The translations under genes and the position numbers were made by a program. Shown piece by piece: positions 40,504 through 53,589 of a stretch of DNA of 64,000 nucleotides. Origin of the DNA: Octopus sinensis (lineage: Eukaryota); assembly GCF_006345805.1 (NCBI RefSeq), contig NC_043001.1:58652001-58716000 (forward strand). Direction: 5' to 3'. Under the pieces are notes generated by a model. That model was not told the DNA's origin and searched no databases. It was given only the letters and a program-made list of their open reading frames with translations. How positions within the stretch are numbered: the stretch's first letter is position 1; every line of letters starts with the position of its first letter.

Positions 40504-40543
40504 CAGATTAGCTTAAAGTCACACCTGACTTTAAGCTAATCTG
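40504..40543. other. Perfect 18-bp inverted repeat with a 4-nt loop
   Basis: CAGATTAGCTTAAAGTCA-CACC-TGACTTTAAGCTAATCTG. Confidence 0.97.
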
Positions 40544-42129
40544 AAAAATAACACAGTTAGTAGTAATTCAACATATAACATTTCATTGCTGCCAGTTCTC
40601 ATAGTTGCATGACAACCACCATCACTTCATTTGCTTCATTAACACCAGCATCAGCTACACTACTACTTGTAATATAATGGGAGGAAGATAGATCCACTAA
40701 GAAAATATCAATTAACCCAACGCTATTATGACTACAAGTTTACTCACTTCTTACATCAGCTGCATGCACCTTCTCAAGCAACATAGCCATTATAATGACT
40801 TCGCACCACAGCAGGATATTCAGTATATTATAACACCTACCGTATTACCACCAGTAGGGTCTATAATATCAATGCCATCACTGCACTAATAAGCATTGCA
40901 ATATCTATTATGGACTCTTCGGTGCATGCACGAACTCAACCACACAATTGTTCAAATTTATCTTCAAAAAGCTGGATATTGCGTGGATCCCGAGTCATAT
41001 ATCATCCTCCTCTTGTCATGTTGTTTCTCACTCTTTGCATCTTGCTAACCAATAGCTTAATAAATGTGCTCCAAAACTTAATCTGAAGAGGAATTTCATT
41101 CTTATTTATAGTTGTCTTGGAATTATCGATTTAAATACATTGAAGATAAACATTAACTGCTTGAAATTTACAATTCTGGGACTGTTTGAATAGTATATAC
41201 CATTCCTATCTGGAAAAACACACTACTCCAATATTGCGATCAGTTCCATGTATCAGTGTCTTTTCCGATTTGAAAACAATATAAACTAATAAAATGATTG
41301 TAAAGAAAGAAATCTAGTAATTTTGTTGTTTGAAGTCAATCTTCTGATACATCACCCTACCTTAAATATGTCAATGCTTCGTTCGATTCTGTTTTTTTCC
41401 GTTTGATAAAAGATCTTGATCGATCCATTACCTGGGAACATAATCTCTACACATCGGTAAAAGTAGCGAAAATGTTTCAGAAGTAGATTAAACAGTGATC
41501 TTGTCAAGGTAAACAACATGGTATCCAATAGAATGTGGCAATTTAGCAATCACACCGTGAAAGAATCACCCCAGCGCTCTGATAACAGAAAGTTTTAATT
41601 TTAATTTAATTCGTGTAGTGTCAAAAGTTATTATCAAAATAATACTTAAAACATAACTGTTTTTGAAGATAAAAATAAAACGATAAAATATATTGATTAT
41701 ATCTTTACAATTGTTGCAGATATAGTTCTGTAACTTGGGATTACCCTGAACTGAAACTAATATCGTTGCTCGTGCAAACTAAGTTCAATCAAACCTTTTT
41801 ACTAAAATATTATACGCTACAAGTAATCAGTGAAAAACTTTGGCAAAACCACATGGGCCATGGTTGTTTTTAGCAGAACTCACTTTGTTGTAAGCTTTCA
41901 TGATATATTTTAGGTCTCAGGAACTCTTATTTCCCTTATGAGTAATGAATGTCCTGCCAGAACGGTCACATGGTATCGGTATTCAACACAGGAAAGCTGT
42001 ATAATGATATATAGCAGCCACTTGCTTGCAATTGCAGACAACGTCTTTCACTGGTCGAAATTTTTTTCACTATGTTTACCAAAGATTCACGTATTTTGGA
42101 GTGATACCCAGATTGAAAAATGCAGTAGA

Positions 42130-42706
42130 TACAAATTTAGTATTCAGTTATGACTGCTTTTGATCTTCTGTGAGCAAGCGAAGCACAACTTTTCCTGCAA
42201 TTCTTTTCATTCACAGTTCCTCACTCAAAATTCATTAGCAGGAGCTCCATGATACACGAGTCATATCAACAAGTTCGTCAATTGTTCGTTGACGTTCCTC
42301 CGAGATCAGTTAATGCACTTTCGTAATGCTTCCATTCTCTCGGGTGGTCGACGGTCGCCCTGCATGAGGTTGGTCTTCAAGAGACAACTGGACATTCCAA
42401 AAGCAAGAAAACCACTCGTAAATTTGTTTGAAGCATGGCAACTGTTTCGACAACCGTTCTCCTCAGCAGAAGACAAAATTTCACGGAAGCACGTTGTTCC
42501 TTTGTTTCAGCAATCGTAAAAATCGAACAGGGGAAAAGCACTGCAAATTAAAGACGCACAACGTTGCGTTACGAATGCAACAACCGACGCTGGTTGGCAA
42601 ACACATGACTGAGGGTCGCAACAAGTGATTTCTAGGGGTGGGAGCCTGGTCTATAACGTGTTTGTCCCATAGGGTACGTTTCCGCATACTTTTGGATACC
42701 ACCTCG
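42130..42706 (-). mobile_element. 5' half of a second mariner family, degenerate
   Basis: Minus-strand TA then CGAGGTGGTATCCAAAAGT (TIR-like). Translation: EQRASVKFCLLL..., EDQPHAGRPST, RTIDELVDMTRVSWSS, MKRIAGKVVLRLLTEDQK. Confidence 0.85.
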
Positions 42707-43786
42707 TATTGCGAATTATTTAAGACATTATAATTGATGGGAAATGTACTGTTATATCTTGTAGTTTGATTGACTCGCATTGCCTTGCATTGGGAGGAGA
42801 CTGACTTGAATATAAGCGTGTATAGTGAACGTTATTTTTTATGAAATGTTATTTTCTGAAGAGTGAATCCTAATCAGAAGTTCTGCCGTTCCATTTCTAT
42901 TGAATTTAGAAAGGCTTCAGAAATTTGTTCGTATTTTTTGTAATACCTTCTCTTAAAAAGATTGCTGATCTGCATCAAGAGGTCACGAGTGATCTTTCAT
43001 TGTTCTATTTTTATTCGGAATACTTTATAATTTTTTTCTTTAATATAGCTAGAGAGATTGACTTCTTTATTGAATTAAAATGTGAAGTTGACTAATACAA
43101 GCAATTTATCGACTATTGTAAAACCTCTATAGATAGAGAGAACGGTTTGTAGCCATTCACGAAATACAGTGTTATGGATAATAATGTGTGCTCTCAAAGT
43201 AATAATGCAGTTTTCTACAGACATTGCTCCTAGATCTGGCAATAGAACTCTTTTTACCTAATGAAACATCATATTTTATATTCACAATCTCAATATATAT
43301 AGTTTGGCGGTAATTGCAAAATAAGTTTTAATGATATAGCTATGAATGTAATATATATACATGAGATTGAAAATGTGTTTCTGCGTTTATATATAAAGTA
43401 TTTTTTACCGCGCTTTATGAATGGAAGGATTATTTATTACTTTTGAAAGTAGGGAAAATGGTTTGAGTTAGCGTAGATTCAGTAGTTTTCGTATAATGTC
43501 ATTAGATAAGTCAAATTATTAAATACTTCATCCAAAGTTATAAGTCTACACACACACAATCACTCACACACACAAACATACACACACAACTACACACATG
43601 CATCCACACATATGCATTTACATGTGTTTTAATACATGTATGCATATATATCCATGTACATGCGTGTGTATGTCTACATATATGGGTTTGTCCATACACA
43701 TAAGCACATGAAATGATTACGCATTCACATAATATTATACGCCTCTAAAAATGCAGGTACTTATGTGCAGAAGGCAAATGTATGCT

Positions 43787-43818
<32 letters not shown>

Positions 43819-43844
43819 TGTATGTATGTATGTATGTATGTATG

Positions 43845-43876
<32 letters not shown>

Positions 43877-44389
43877 TGTATGTATGTATGTATGTATGTA
43901 TGTGTATGCAGGTACAGGCGCGGAAGTAAAAATACAAATACAAATATACAAGCACGCTATTTACTTGTAAAATTGTCAGTATGTCTGTATTTTGAGATTA
44001 CTAAACGATAGAGAACTTCATAAAACCTTCACTAGACTACATGTATAAGAGTACATCCTATCAGAAAATGATTTCCCTAATATCTTTTCTTACTAACATA
44101 TTTTATTTTGTTCTAGTGCAGCGGTGATTTTATTTCGTTCCTTTCTTGCTTCCTTGAAGCATTTACTTCCATTGTAAAATACTGGTAAATGTTACAATTG
44201 TTCTACTAACTATATTCAAATTTCTTTAACAATATTCAAATTTCTTAAATATTGCAAAGGATTCGCGGGCTGTAGAGATGATGATGAATTACCCTATAAT
44301 TTCATTAAATTTGGTTGCTCATTATTAATAATATAATTAATATTCGATTTGATTCAAGTTTGGTCATATTTCAGGTAGAATTTAAGCGG

Positions 44390-44610
44390 TTTAGTGTCTA
44401 TAAATTTAGACGTCCACAAGCTTTCGATAATCTTTCAAGTGTTCAAAACCCGGATGATGATTTTTCCTGTTCCTAAAAGGCAAATTTTCTGGAGAAGCTC
44501 CACGGAACATTCCATTCCAATCTCCATCAAGTATTTGTATGCATCGTTACTAAGTCCCTAAAGCAACAATTATTATAGGCACAACTTTTACTATTCTCGT
44601 ATTCATATTT
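44390..44610 (-). mobile_element. 3' tip of an R4-like element (family C), in tandem with the longer copy
   Basis: Minus strand: KVVPIIIVALGT ... LMEIGMECSVELLQKICLLGTGKIIIRVLNT*. Confidence 0.7.
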
Positions 44611-44633
44611 ATATTGTAGTTGTTTATGTTATA

Positions 44634-46740
44634 AGTATTATTATTATGACTTTTGTCTGACTCAGATTCGGTCATATTCCTGGAAGGATTTATGTGGGTA
44701 GCCGGTCACTACCTGTAACCTTACGTATCCACAGGTTTTCAGCAGTCTTTCAAGTACTTAGAACACTTCTGATAATGCTTGCAGTCCCGAAGAGACAAAC
44801 TTTATATTGGATTTCTACCGGGCATTCTATTCCAATCTCCTTCACCCATTTGTCATTATCTTTGATTACTCTTCTCAATGCACGAATTATTATAGGCACG
44901 ACTTTACTGTTCGCATACTCCAAATTCTTTCTATTTCAAATTTTAAGGGGGATGCATTTTTTCTTCTTCTTTCTTTACGATCCTGGAATCAAACGGTCAT
45001 GCTGGGTCGATAAGTAAGCAACTTCGAGCTTTCCTGTCTATAATTATTACATCTGGTCTATTATTTCTAACTTTTTGTCAGTTTGAATAGGAAAGTCTAA
45101 GAAAATCTTACATTTCCCCGCCTCCAAAACTCCTTCGTTTCGCTGATTGTACCATGTGTCTTCAGCTTCAAACCTCCATTTCAGGCACACTATCCAGTGT
45201 AATACTCTAGCAACATAGTCGTGTTTCCATTTCTTATATTCTTCTTGTGCCAACTTGGGGTATTCTATCACAATGTGTGCCACTGTCTCGTTCCAAGTTC
45301 CACAGACTCTACCCTTTTCTAACACATTCTCTCCATTTATATTTTTCTCAAGTTTGTTTTTATCGCTTGATTTTGGGCTGCTACAATTAGGCTCACTGGT
45401 TTATTTTTATCTTTTTTATTTATTCACTTTTTAATGGCTCCTTTTTTAAACTAAGACTAGGATTTTCATTCACATATGTCTTCAGTGGCTCTCCAAAATT
45501 GGCTACGCAGAGGGTTCTTTTTTATCTGTCTGACGTGCTCTCTTTCTATTTCGCTCTTAGTCCTTTGCTCCTATTACGCCCTTCATCACCCGTTCTTTAT
45601 TTAATATGCTTTGTAGATTTTCTTGGCAGCTCTGTAAATACTCTACTAAACAATTCTTTTCCATCTGTACACATTCCTCTACTGCTATTAAGCCTTCTTA
45701 CACACTGCTCTCTTCTCAAGTACAGCCAGTTTATGTCGGCTTTTGGATGGTGAGCTCCATATATTGTCAACAACTTCCTAGTTTTTCCGTCAAGTTTATT
45801 TATATCATTTTCGGTCCAATCTATAATTCCAACTCCGTATCTGTGCTTGAATTTATTTCATCAGTAACATTTTTGAATTTAGCTTTGACTACAATGATTT
45901 TCTTGCTCTTCTTGTGTACTATCAACTGGTAATTACTTTCAACTCTTCATTTTTTTTTATCTCGTCTGCTTCCAGTATTTTCAAGTACTTTAACCACTGT
46001 CCCTTCTCGATCGCTCCCATTGTTTGGCATTTCAATTCCCTGGCTTCTTTCAAGTCTTCCTCTTTTCATTTTCAATATGGCTCACTTTTCTCTCCCCAAA
46101 TCCATACCTACGTACAAGAGGTTCAAGCTGTTTCTCAGTTTTCGCATAAACCTTTATAGCATCCATGAAAAGGAGATGATTTATCTGACCATTTCCTTTT
46201 CCCAAATCGTAAGCAATTTTAACTTTTTGTAGTATAATATTGAGCGGTGTCATCGCTAATATCAATAGTAATGGAGATAAGCTGTCACCTGGGAATATTC
46301 CATATCTGACGTTCACTTTTCCGAGTTCTTTTTGCTTCCGATCAATTCAGTATTCCAGTGTTTCACGCATTTTCTTCATGTTTTTTGCTTTTCCAAACAT
46401 GCTCATTCTTTTACTTATCCAACACTGTGGTACCATGTCGTGTGCTTTTTCTGTAATCTAGCCATGCTACATTCAGTTCCGTCAATCTGCGTCTACAATT
46501 TCTAATTATTATTTTACCAACTAATAAGTGATATTTTGTTGCCCTACTTTGTTTCTTGCATCCTTTCTGTTTTTCTGGTAGTAGATTATTACCTTACAGA
46601 TGTTTGCCTAACGCTTCCACTAAGACATCGGTCATAAGCTTCCACAATTTATAGTGGTAAACAGTTAAAAGTTGGATATTTGATGCTAAGTTCCCTTTCA
46701 AAGGATCCTTCAAACGTTGCAGCATCGCCCACTTCCCATC
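44634..46740 (-). mobile_element. Degenerate R4/Dong-like element, RT through RLE (family C)
   Basis: In order on the minus strand: NNLLPEKQKGCKKQSRATK, AWLDYRKAHDMVP, GIFPGDSLSPLL, INHLLFMDAIKVY, RVCGTWNETVAHIV...KHDYVARVLHW, VVPIIIRAL...LFGTASIIRSVLST*. Short (TAA)n tail at ~44634-47; (TAA)n ~60 bp upstream at 46803-46880. Confidence 0.88.
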
Positions 46741-46803
46741 CAAGCAGCGACTTGACCTTGCTACAGATAGTCGTCTAGTTCCGTGGGGTTCCTTTCATGC
46801 AGC

Positions 46804-46882
<79 letters not shown>

Positions 46883-47078
46883 CTGCGGAATGCATAGTTC
46901 GTGTTTTCAAACGCTCAGCAACAACAACAATGAGAACATTGCCAATAACAAAAGCACGTTCGCTGTCGCGATAGCGAAAAGCGAGTAACGCTTCACCTTG
47001 CACCACACCGATAGAGATTAAATATTAGCCCAGGCATGAAAACAAGAACAAACCTGGGCCAATCTAACTGTCCTGCCA

Positions 47079-47530
47079 AGTGAGAGAGCAGTGCATGCCA
47101 ACAAAATGACACAGGGGTAAAGCAAACCAGTATAGCCAGCATGACTACCCGCCTTATAAGGGTACAATAGACACATGCATCACAACCATATGTGTGCGAT
47201 GTGGTGACAAAGAGCGCATGAGTTTGCAGGTGAGGCCCAGGCAGAAATTTTTGCAGTTCGAGTAGCCCATCCCGCTCGAATGATCCCTGAATAAAGGTTC
47301 TTTAAGGATGTTGAACGAAACACCCATGTTCCCAGAGGCTATGTTGCTCCCTCACTACTTCAGCTCGTGATCAGAGATGCACATATCGTCAGCCACTAAG
47401 GCACATGCTCAAGTGTTTAAGGCCAAACAACTAAGAAGCAAATCTGTGATATTCAGCAAAATATCTGCTGTATTCCATCTTTTCTACCAAGCTAAAACAA
47501 TCATATGCTAACACTTCCAATCAGTTAAGA
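47079..47530 (-). mobile_element. X560 copy with internal deletions and a missing 5' tip
   Basis: Shares GTGAGAGAGCAGTGCATG..., GATCAGAGATGCACATATCGTCAGCCACTAAG and CACTTCCAATCAGTTAAGA. Confidence 0.8.
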
Positions 47531-47626
47531 CATCATCATGATCATCATCATCATCATCACCATCTTCATTATTATTATTATTATAATTATTATTATTATT
47601 ATCATCATCATCATCATCATCATCAA

Positions 47627-47658
<32 letters not shown>

Positions 47659-47683
47659 CCATCATCATTATTATTATTATTAT

Positions 47684-48243
47684 TGAGTGAGAGAGCAATG
47701 CATGCCATCAAAGTGACACTGGTGTAAAATATATGAAGCCCAGTATACCCATCATGGCTACCCATCTGATAAGGTTACACCAGGCACATGCATCACAAAC
47801 ATATGTGCGTGGCATGGTGATCTCATATCACGATAAATAGCGCATGACCTTGCAGGAGGGGCCCAGTTAGAACTTTCTTCTGGTCGAGTAACCCATCCCA
47901 CTCAAAAGGTCACTGAATTAGGATTGTTTAAGGGTGTTGAACGAACCACCCATATTTCCAAAGGTGAATTATCCAAACCTCCAAGAATTCCTTTCAACAT
48001 ACGGCTATGATGCTCCCCTACTATTTTCTGCACGTGATCAGAGATGTACATATCGTCAGCCACTAAAGGATATGGTCAACTGGCTAAGGTCAAATAACTG
48101 ACAGGCAACTCTGTGGTATTGAGCAGAATATTTGCTGTAGCCCATCTTTTATACCACGACAAAATAATGTACGTGATAACACTTCCAATAAGTTAAGATA
48201 AGAAGCCACGAGAGCCACTGTCTGGTACTGCATCAGGGCATTT
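47684..48243 (-). mobile_element. X560 non-coding element, full copy (560 bp)
   Basis: Minus strand starts AAATGCCCTGATGCAGTACCAG after (GAT)n and ends CTCTCTCACTCA before (ATA)n. Confidence 0.85.
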
Positions 48244-48291
<48 letters not shown>

Positions 48292-48449
48292 GTCATCGTC
48301 GTCGCCGTCGTCGTCGTCATCATCATCATCATCACCACCACCACTATCACTATCACCATCACCATCACCATCACCATCACCACCACCACCACCACCACCA
48401 CCATCATCATCATCAGCAGCAGCAGCAGCATCATCATCATCATCAGCAG

Positions 48450-48488
<39 letters not shown>

Positions 48489-48489
48489 T

Positions 48490-49540
48490 TTACCGCAGAC
48501 TTTTGGCATATCCCATGTTAGTTTATTGGTTGCAACTGTTAAATGTTGGAGCCCATACCAATTGTTGGAACATTCTAGCCCGTTCTTCTTGCACATCATT
48601 TTACGTTATTTGCACTGATATTTGGTTATGGTATTTTGGAACTCATTTCGGGTTAGATTGAAGCGTATACTAATTATATATATGTCTCAGGTAATTTTCC
48701 ACATAGTCTACATACACAAATGTAATACTTCTGTTTATAAATTTTGCCATTTTATTGAATTGCTTTGTAAAACTTATTCTTGAGCAGCGAGAATCAGTCC
48801 TTCTACTTCTTTCTTTCTAAAGCCCTGTCTTAACCAACTCCAGGATACTTCATCGACTTCATCAACTTCATCAGTTGTTTGTTGGAAAAACCTTCCATGC
48901 AGGAAATCTCTTTCCATTTGATCATGTTTTCTCTTTTAGTCCTCATAATGTAATCTTTAGGGTTCCTACCATTCTCACAGAACACTGGTTCACACAGAGA
49001 AGCATGTAGCATTCTTTCATCACTATTCTATGATAGGCAAGTAATGCTTTGATCTCGTTTACGATAACTCCACTTCCACTTTCCTTGCTACGTTATTTCT
49101 AGTAATGCATAGCTATTACTTACCTAGTTTTCTATCCATATTGAAAACTCTTTCCTTTGTCCGTTCCACTACGCCTGCGTAGTAATGTATCACACCTACA
49201 GCCCAAGCGTTGGTAACTCTAATCAGGTTCTCTCTTTTCAACTTAGACCTATACAACTTTTTAACTCTTGTGGTATATTCAGAAGAAATTTTCTCCTTCA
49301 TCTTGATGCTCAACATCGGGCGTAGTTGTAAAACGCCAAGGTGCTTGTAATCTTCTCCATTAACTTCCCTTATTCCTTATATGGAAGTCGTACTCTACTG
49401 CTGTTCACATTTAGCCTCCCCCGCAGTCCAAATAAAAGCGTATTTTTCAATACTAAATGACAATCAGGATGTCTTCGGAGAAAATTCTTACCGACTGAAA
49501 AGAGGAACCCATTGAACTTCTGCTAAGCTTCAAATCATTA
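48490..49540 (-). mobile_element. Degenerate R4-like remnant (family D)
   Basis: EYTTRVKKLYRSKLKRENLIRVTNAWAVGVIHYYAGVV (thumb), SWLRQGFRKKEVEGLILAAQE, MCKKNGLECSNNWY...LTWDMP; ends at (GAT)n. Confidence 0.8.
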
Positions 49541-49832
49541 TTACATATTCACCATCTATATATTAATATGCTACGGTCAAATGAGTTACACATTCTGATG
49601 GTTACCCGAAGGAAGTGGCAAGACACGGGAGAAAAAGAGAGAGAGAGAGAGAGAGTAAAACGGAGAGAGATTAAGAGAAGGGAGAAAAAGAATAAGAGAA
49701 AACGTGAGAGATTAAGAGAGAATAAATGAGACAAAGAGGGAGAGAGAAGTGTTAACGTTTTGAGGGATTGGAAAGTAATAGTTATTACGCTTAAACGTTG
49801 TCTAGTCTTTAGTTCAGGCAGAAACGTGGCGT

Positions 49833-49871
<39 letters not shown>

Positions 49872-50149
49872 GTGTGTGTGTGGGGTGGGGGTGCTGGCGA
49901 TGAGAAGTAAAAGACGGGTATTGCTTTTACGTTGTATGGTTAGTTAGTGGAAGAAAGAAGTAGAAATTAGACAGTAGAAATAGTGAGATATACACATGTT
50001 AAGTGCAGGAGCATGTCATATAGTTGGACCGAAAGGCAAAAAGAAAGGGAATGAGTGTTTACTGAAAGAAACGCATGAGTGGGAAGCAGTTACATGATTT
50101 TAAGCACAGTATGATAGGATAGTATGACAATAAATTGCAATAGATTGGT

Positions 50150-51150
50150 TATTGTTACGGGTTTTGATGCAAATGCTTGTGGAAGTTACTTCTACCTATT
50201 GACATCGATGCTAATCTTGACTGTCTCCAGTGAAACACACAGCGGAGAAAGTGTCATGTGAGAGCCTCATAACAGGCGACAATATACGTGGAGTGATGGT
50301 TAGCTGCACGAAGGGAAATTCCCTCAGTTTGCATGGTCTACCCAACTAAAGTTCCATTAATATGCTAAATTTGAGCAAGATGACTTGGAAGATTTCAATC
50401 AAAAGTATGAAATATTTCTTTTCGTTGATTATAAAGAACATTAATAATTAATTACCCGAGGAAAGGGAAGGAAAATTGTATCATTCGTCCCATGACAGTT
50501 CAATGCCGCTGTCAAGATTTGGCAGAATTGTAAGCGAAGAGATTGGTGATGGCAGTCGGAAATCTGGCTGGTGACACAAATAAATTCGCTATATGGAACA
50601 GAATTTTCTACGGCTCAATCAGCTCATGTGATACGTAATGGAGAAAGTAGTTAAGGAATCTGGCACAGAAGACTCCAGATCAACATAAAACCAATCTAAA
50701 GATTTCGATAAGTCCAACTGTCTTCGGCAGTTGGGTCACTAGAATGTACAGTGTCATCTGCTGGCTAGTTAGAATCGATAGCCACATATCAGAACCATTA
50801 AATAACGTGCGTCGATAGAATTCCCTTTCGTCTATTGTATACATTATGTCTATGAAGACAGTATTGTTGAATCTAAGGGCATTGCGTGATATCCCTCGAG
50901 GACTAGTACGCCATAATAATGGCAGAATCAAAAACACGTTGATGATCGGCTCTGCACTAGACAAAACAAGGCAATGTCAGGGGCTAAGATCAACCAGAAA
51001 TGTCTGCAGGAGAAAGGTCCATGCTGTTCAGCAACATCGCGATCTCCATGAAGTAACAAAAATTTAATTATTCGGGATGTGGTTTGTTTCAGAGGATCAG
51101 GTGAGAGAAAGTGGCTTGAAGGTTGGCCCATCTCAACTAGAACACCAACA
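50150..51150 (+). mobile_element. Old Tx1/L1-like endonuclease/RT remnant
   Basis: Fragments RRQYTWSDG, NQSKDFDK, SWVTRMYSVICWLVRIDSHISEPL and PLSSIVYIMSMKTVLLNLRALRDIPRGL. Confidence 0.55.
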
Positions 51151-52119
51151 TTTACAACATACACGGCAATACGTACAAAATATCAAAAGAAATCATAAAC
51201 TACACAAACATAGATACAGATAATACAGTTCTAATGTATCACACACACACACACACACACACACCAAAATACAAGCACCATACTCAATAACACTGTTGAA
51301 TTAAAAACTCGCATGTCACCAAGCATAAAAATCATTTAAATATCACAATACGCTTACAGCATTTTGAAAATTAGATGAAAAATAAATGCCCCAAGAAGGC
51401 ATCAAAAGGAATATATACAAAAAGCTATAGTATAAAGGAGAGCTCACGGAATCACACGCAGACAAGCATAGGACAGAATACTCGTCCTCCATAGAAATAA
51501 GCGAGCCATTCTCATTCCCGTCCTTTCCAGTACATTGGCCCGTAATCAGAATAGGCAATATAAATGCATGTGACGTCGAGTCCCCTTGAAGGCATTGGTT
51601 ATCCACTTAACGAATCTAGTCACTACATTTACATGCAATAGCCATATTTGCTATCTTATTTCCAAAAGATTTTGATTTCACCATGCGGGCCTTCCTTGTA
51701 AAATTAAGAGATAAGTTGATGATTGTGGGTGTGGACAGTATTAAAAATGTGTGCATTCAGACTTGTTTCTATCTATTCCTGATTCAGGACAGGACAAGCA
51801 TTTTTCTTTATTTTTCAAGTGTCGCGAAGTTTTCCTAGGAACGCCTCACTGTTTAACGTTCGTGGGCGACTAGCACGCCATCTTGGAGTTATTCTAGACC
51901 TTACGGGGATAGCAGATGCGCACATGCATAGCCACACAAACACACACACAGAAGCATGCAGACACACACATACACGCACATGTATATTCTTGCGCTTAAA
52001 CACTTCCTTGCCCTTCGGCTTAACCTTAACCTGACGCCTCCATACTTCTTCGTCTGCCCGAACTTCTCTCCCTCAAATACTTCTCGTTTGCAGAGTAGTT
52101 TACCAACAGATCTTGGGTG

Positions 52120-53230
52120 TTGCCATGGGAAAGAGAATAGTCCCCAATTATGCGTACCTCTTCGTTGGCTACGTTGAGGACTAAATTTTCTCACAATTCA
52201 TATACGGTCGTTATATCAATGACTGTATTGGCGCGACCTCACTCTCCTGTGAGCAATTGGACTCCTTCCTTCCCTTTGTCCTACCTTCGAATTTTCCTAC
52301 ACTATCTCTAACGCTTCCGTCGAATTTCTCGACATTTCTGTTAGTATCCCCCACTGTGCTATCAATACTTCCATCCACTACAAACACACTGACTTACTCT
52401 CCCACCTTAAATTCTCCTCCTCTTCCTCCTTCCACCCTACCTATACCAAGCTCTCCATCCTTTACTCACAATTTCTCTTTCTACGCAGGTTCTACGGAGA
52501 CGACCATGACTCTGAATCTTAGCCTCATCTCATGGCTTGTCACTTCATCCTACGTGGATATCCCTCACCAGTTTTTGCGCTGCCCTTGACCGGGCACGAT
52601 CTGTAGACCATACGTTTTCTCTTTCTATTTGCACCCGCCCCACCCTTACCTGTCTCCTGCTTCCCCTCACTTACCACCCTTCCACCCTACCCCTCCAACG
52701 CACAGTTTTCCTAGCATTCTGGCGACTCCAGTCCGACCCCTCCACCTCGTACATCTTCCCTAACCTACGCTTTCCATCCTTCAAACGACCCCGTAATCTG
52801 CGTTACCTCATGGTCCGCAGTTTCTTCCTTACACCCGCCTCCCAGCCTGGCTCCTACGCTATCACCCTTGCCTGTACTTCTCCAACACCACCATCTTCAC
52901 AGGAACTTATCGCCGTCCCTATCACGTCACACACTCCCTTACCTGCACCTCTAGTAATGCTATTTATTGCATCTCCTGCTCTCTCTGTCCTTTCATGTAC
53001 ATCGGTCAAACGGAACGCCGTTTGGCTTGCGGTATCGCGGAGCAACACCGAGACATCAGACTCGGCAATGACATCCCAGTCTCGAACCACTTCCGCTCTA
53101 CCGGTTATTAGCTACATCTGTGTTCGGACTGCCTCAGCACTGGGACCACCCCGACCCCACCTTCTCTGTGAAAAGGAATTAATCTTCTTTCCTCGTTCCT
53201 TTACTACATATTGGCTCAACTAACCTCGAC
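52120..53230 (+). mobile_element. Penelope-like element (possibly Neptune-type), degenerate RT plus GIY-YIG endonuclease
   Basis: PNYAYLFVGYVED, GRYINDCIGATSL (RYIDD equivalent), and TCTSSNAIYCISCSLCPFMYIGQTERRLA...PVSNHFRSTG. Confidence 0.82.
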
Positions 53231-53589
53231 TCTTTATCTGACACCAACCGCACACGAATTCCCACAAACCTCCCGCATTCAACTACCCCTCCACCTTCAT
53301 ACCGTCCACCTTCGTACCCTCACCACATACGCACCACTATACACGCACATTGTTCAACTCACCACACAAACCCACAACATATTTCCACTTCACACACACT
53401 AGCATCGACCACTTCATCCACACCATTATCCACACACCCACCAACAATCTTCAAAAACGTCACTACACATACAACTATACAAGCAGCCACACACTGTTTC
53501 ACTGTACACACACCAAACACCACCAAGCACACTCCCACACCCTCACAAGCACATAATACCTAAACACAGACAATATATACACACACACG

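Noticed and set aside
40970-41005. IAWIPSH, resembling an RNase H motif
   Set aside because: Isolated heptapeptide with no supporting upstream or downstream motifs.
52537-53223. 228-aa ORF as a host gene
   Set aside because: It lies within the Penelope-like remnant; the recognisable GIY-YIG motifs are in another frame.
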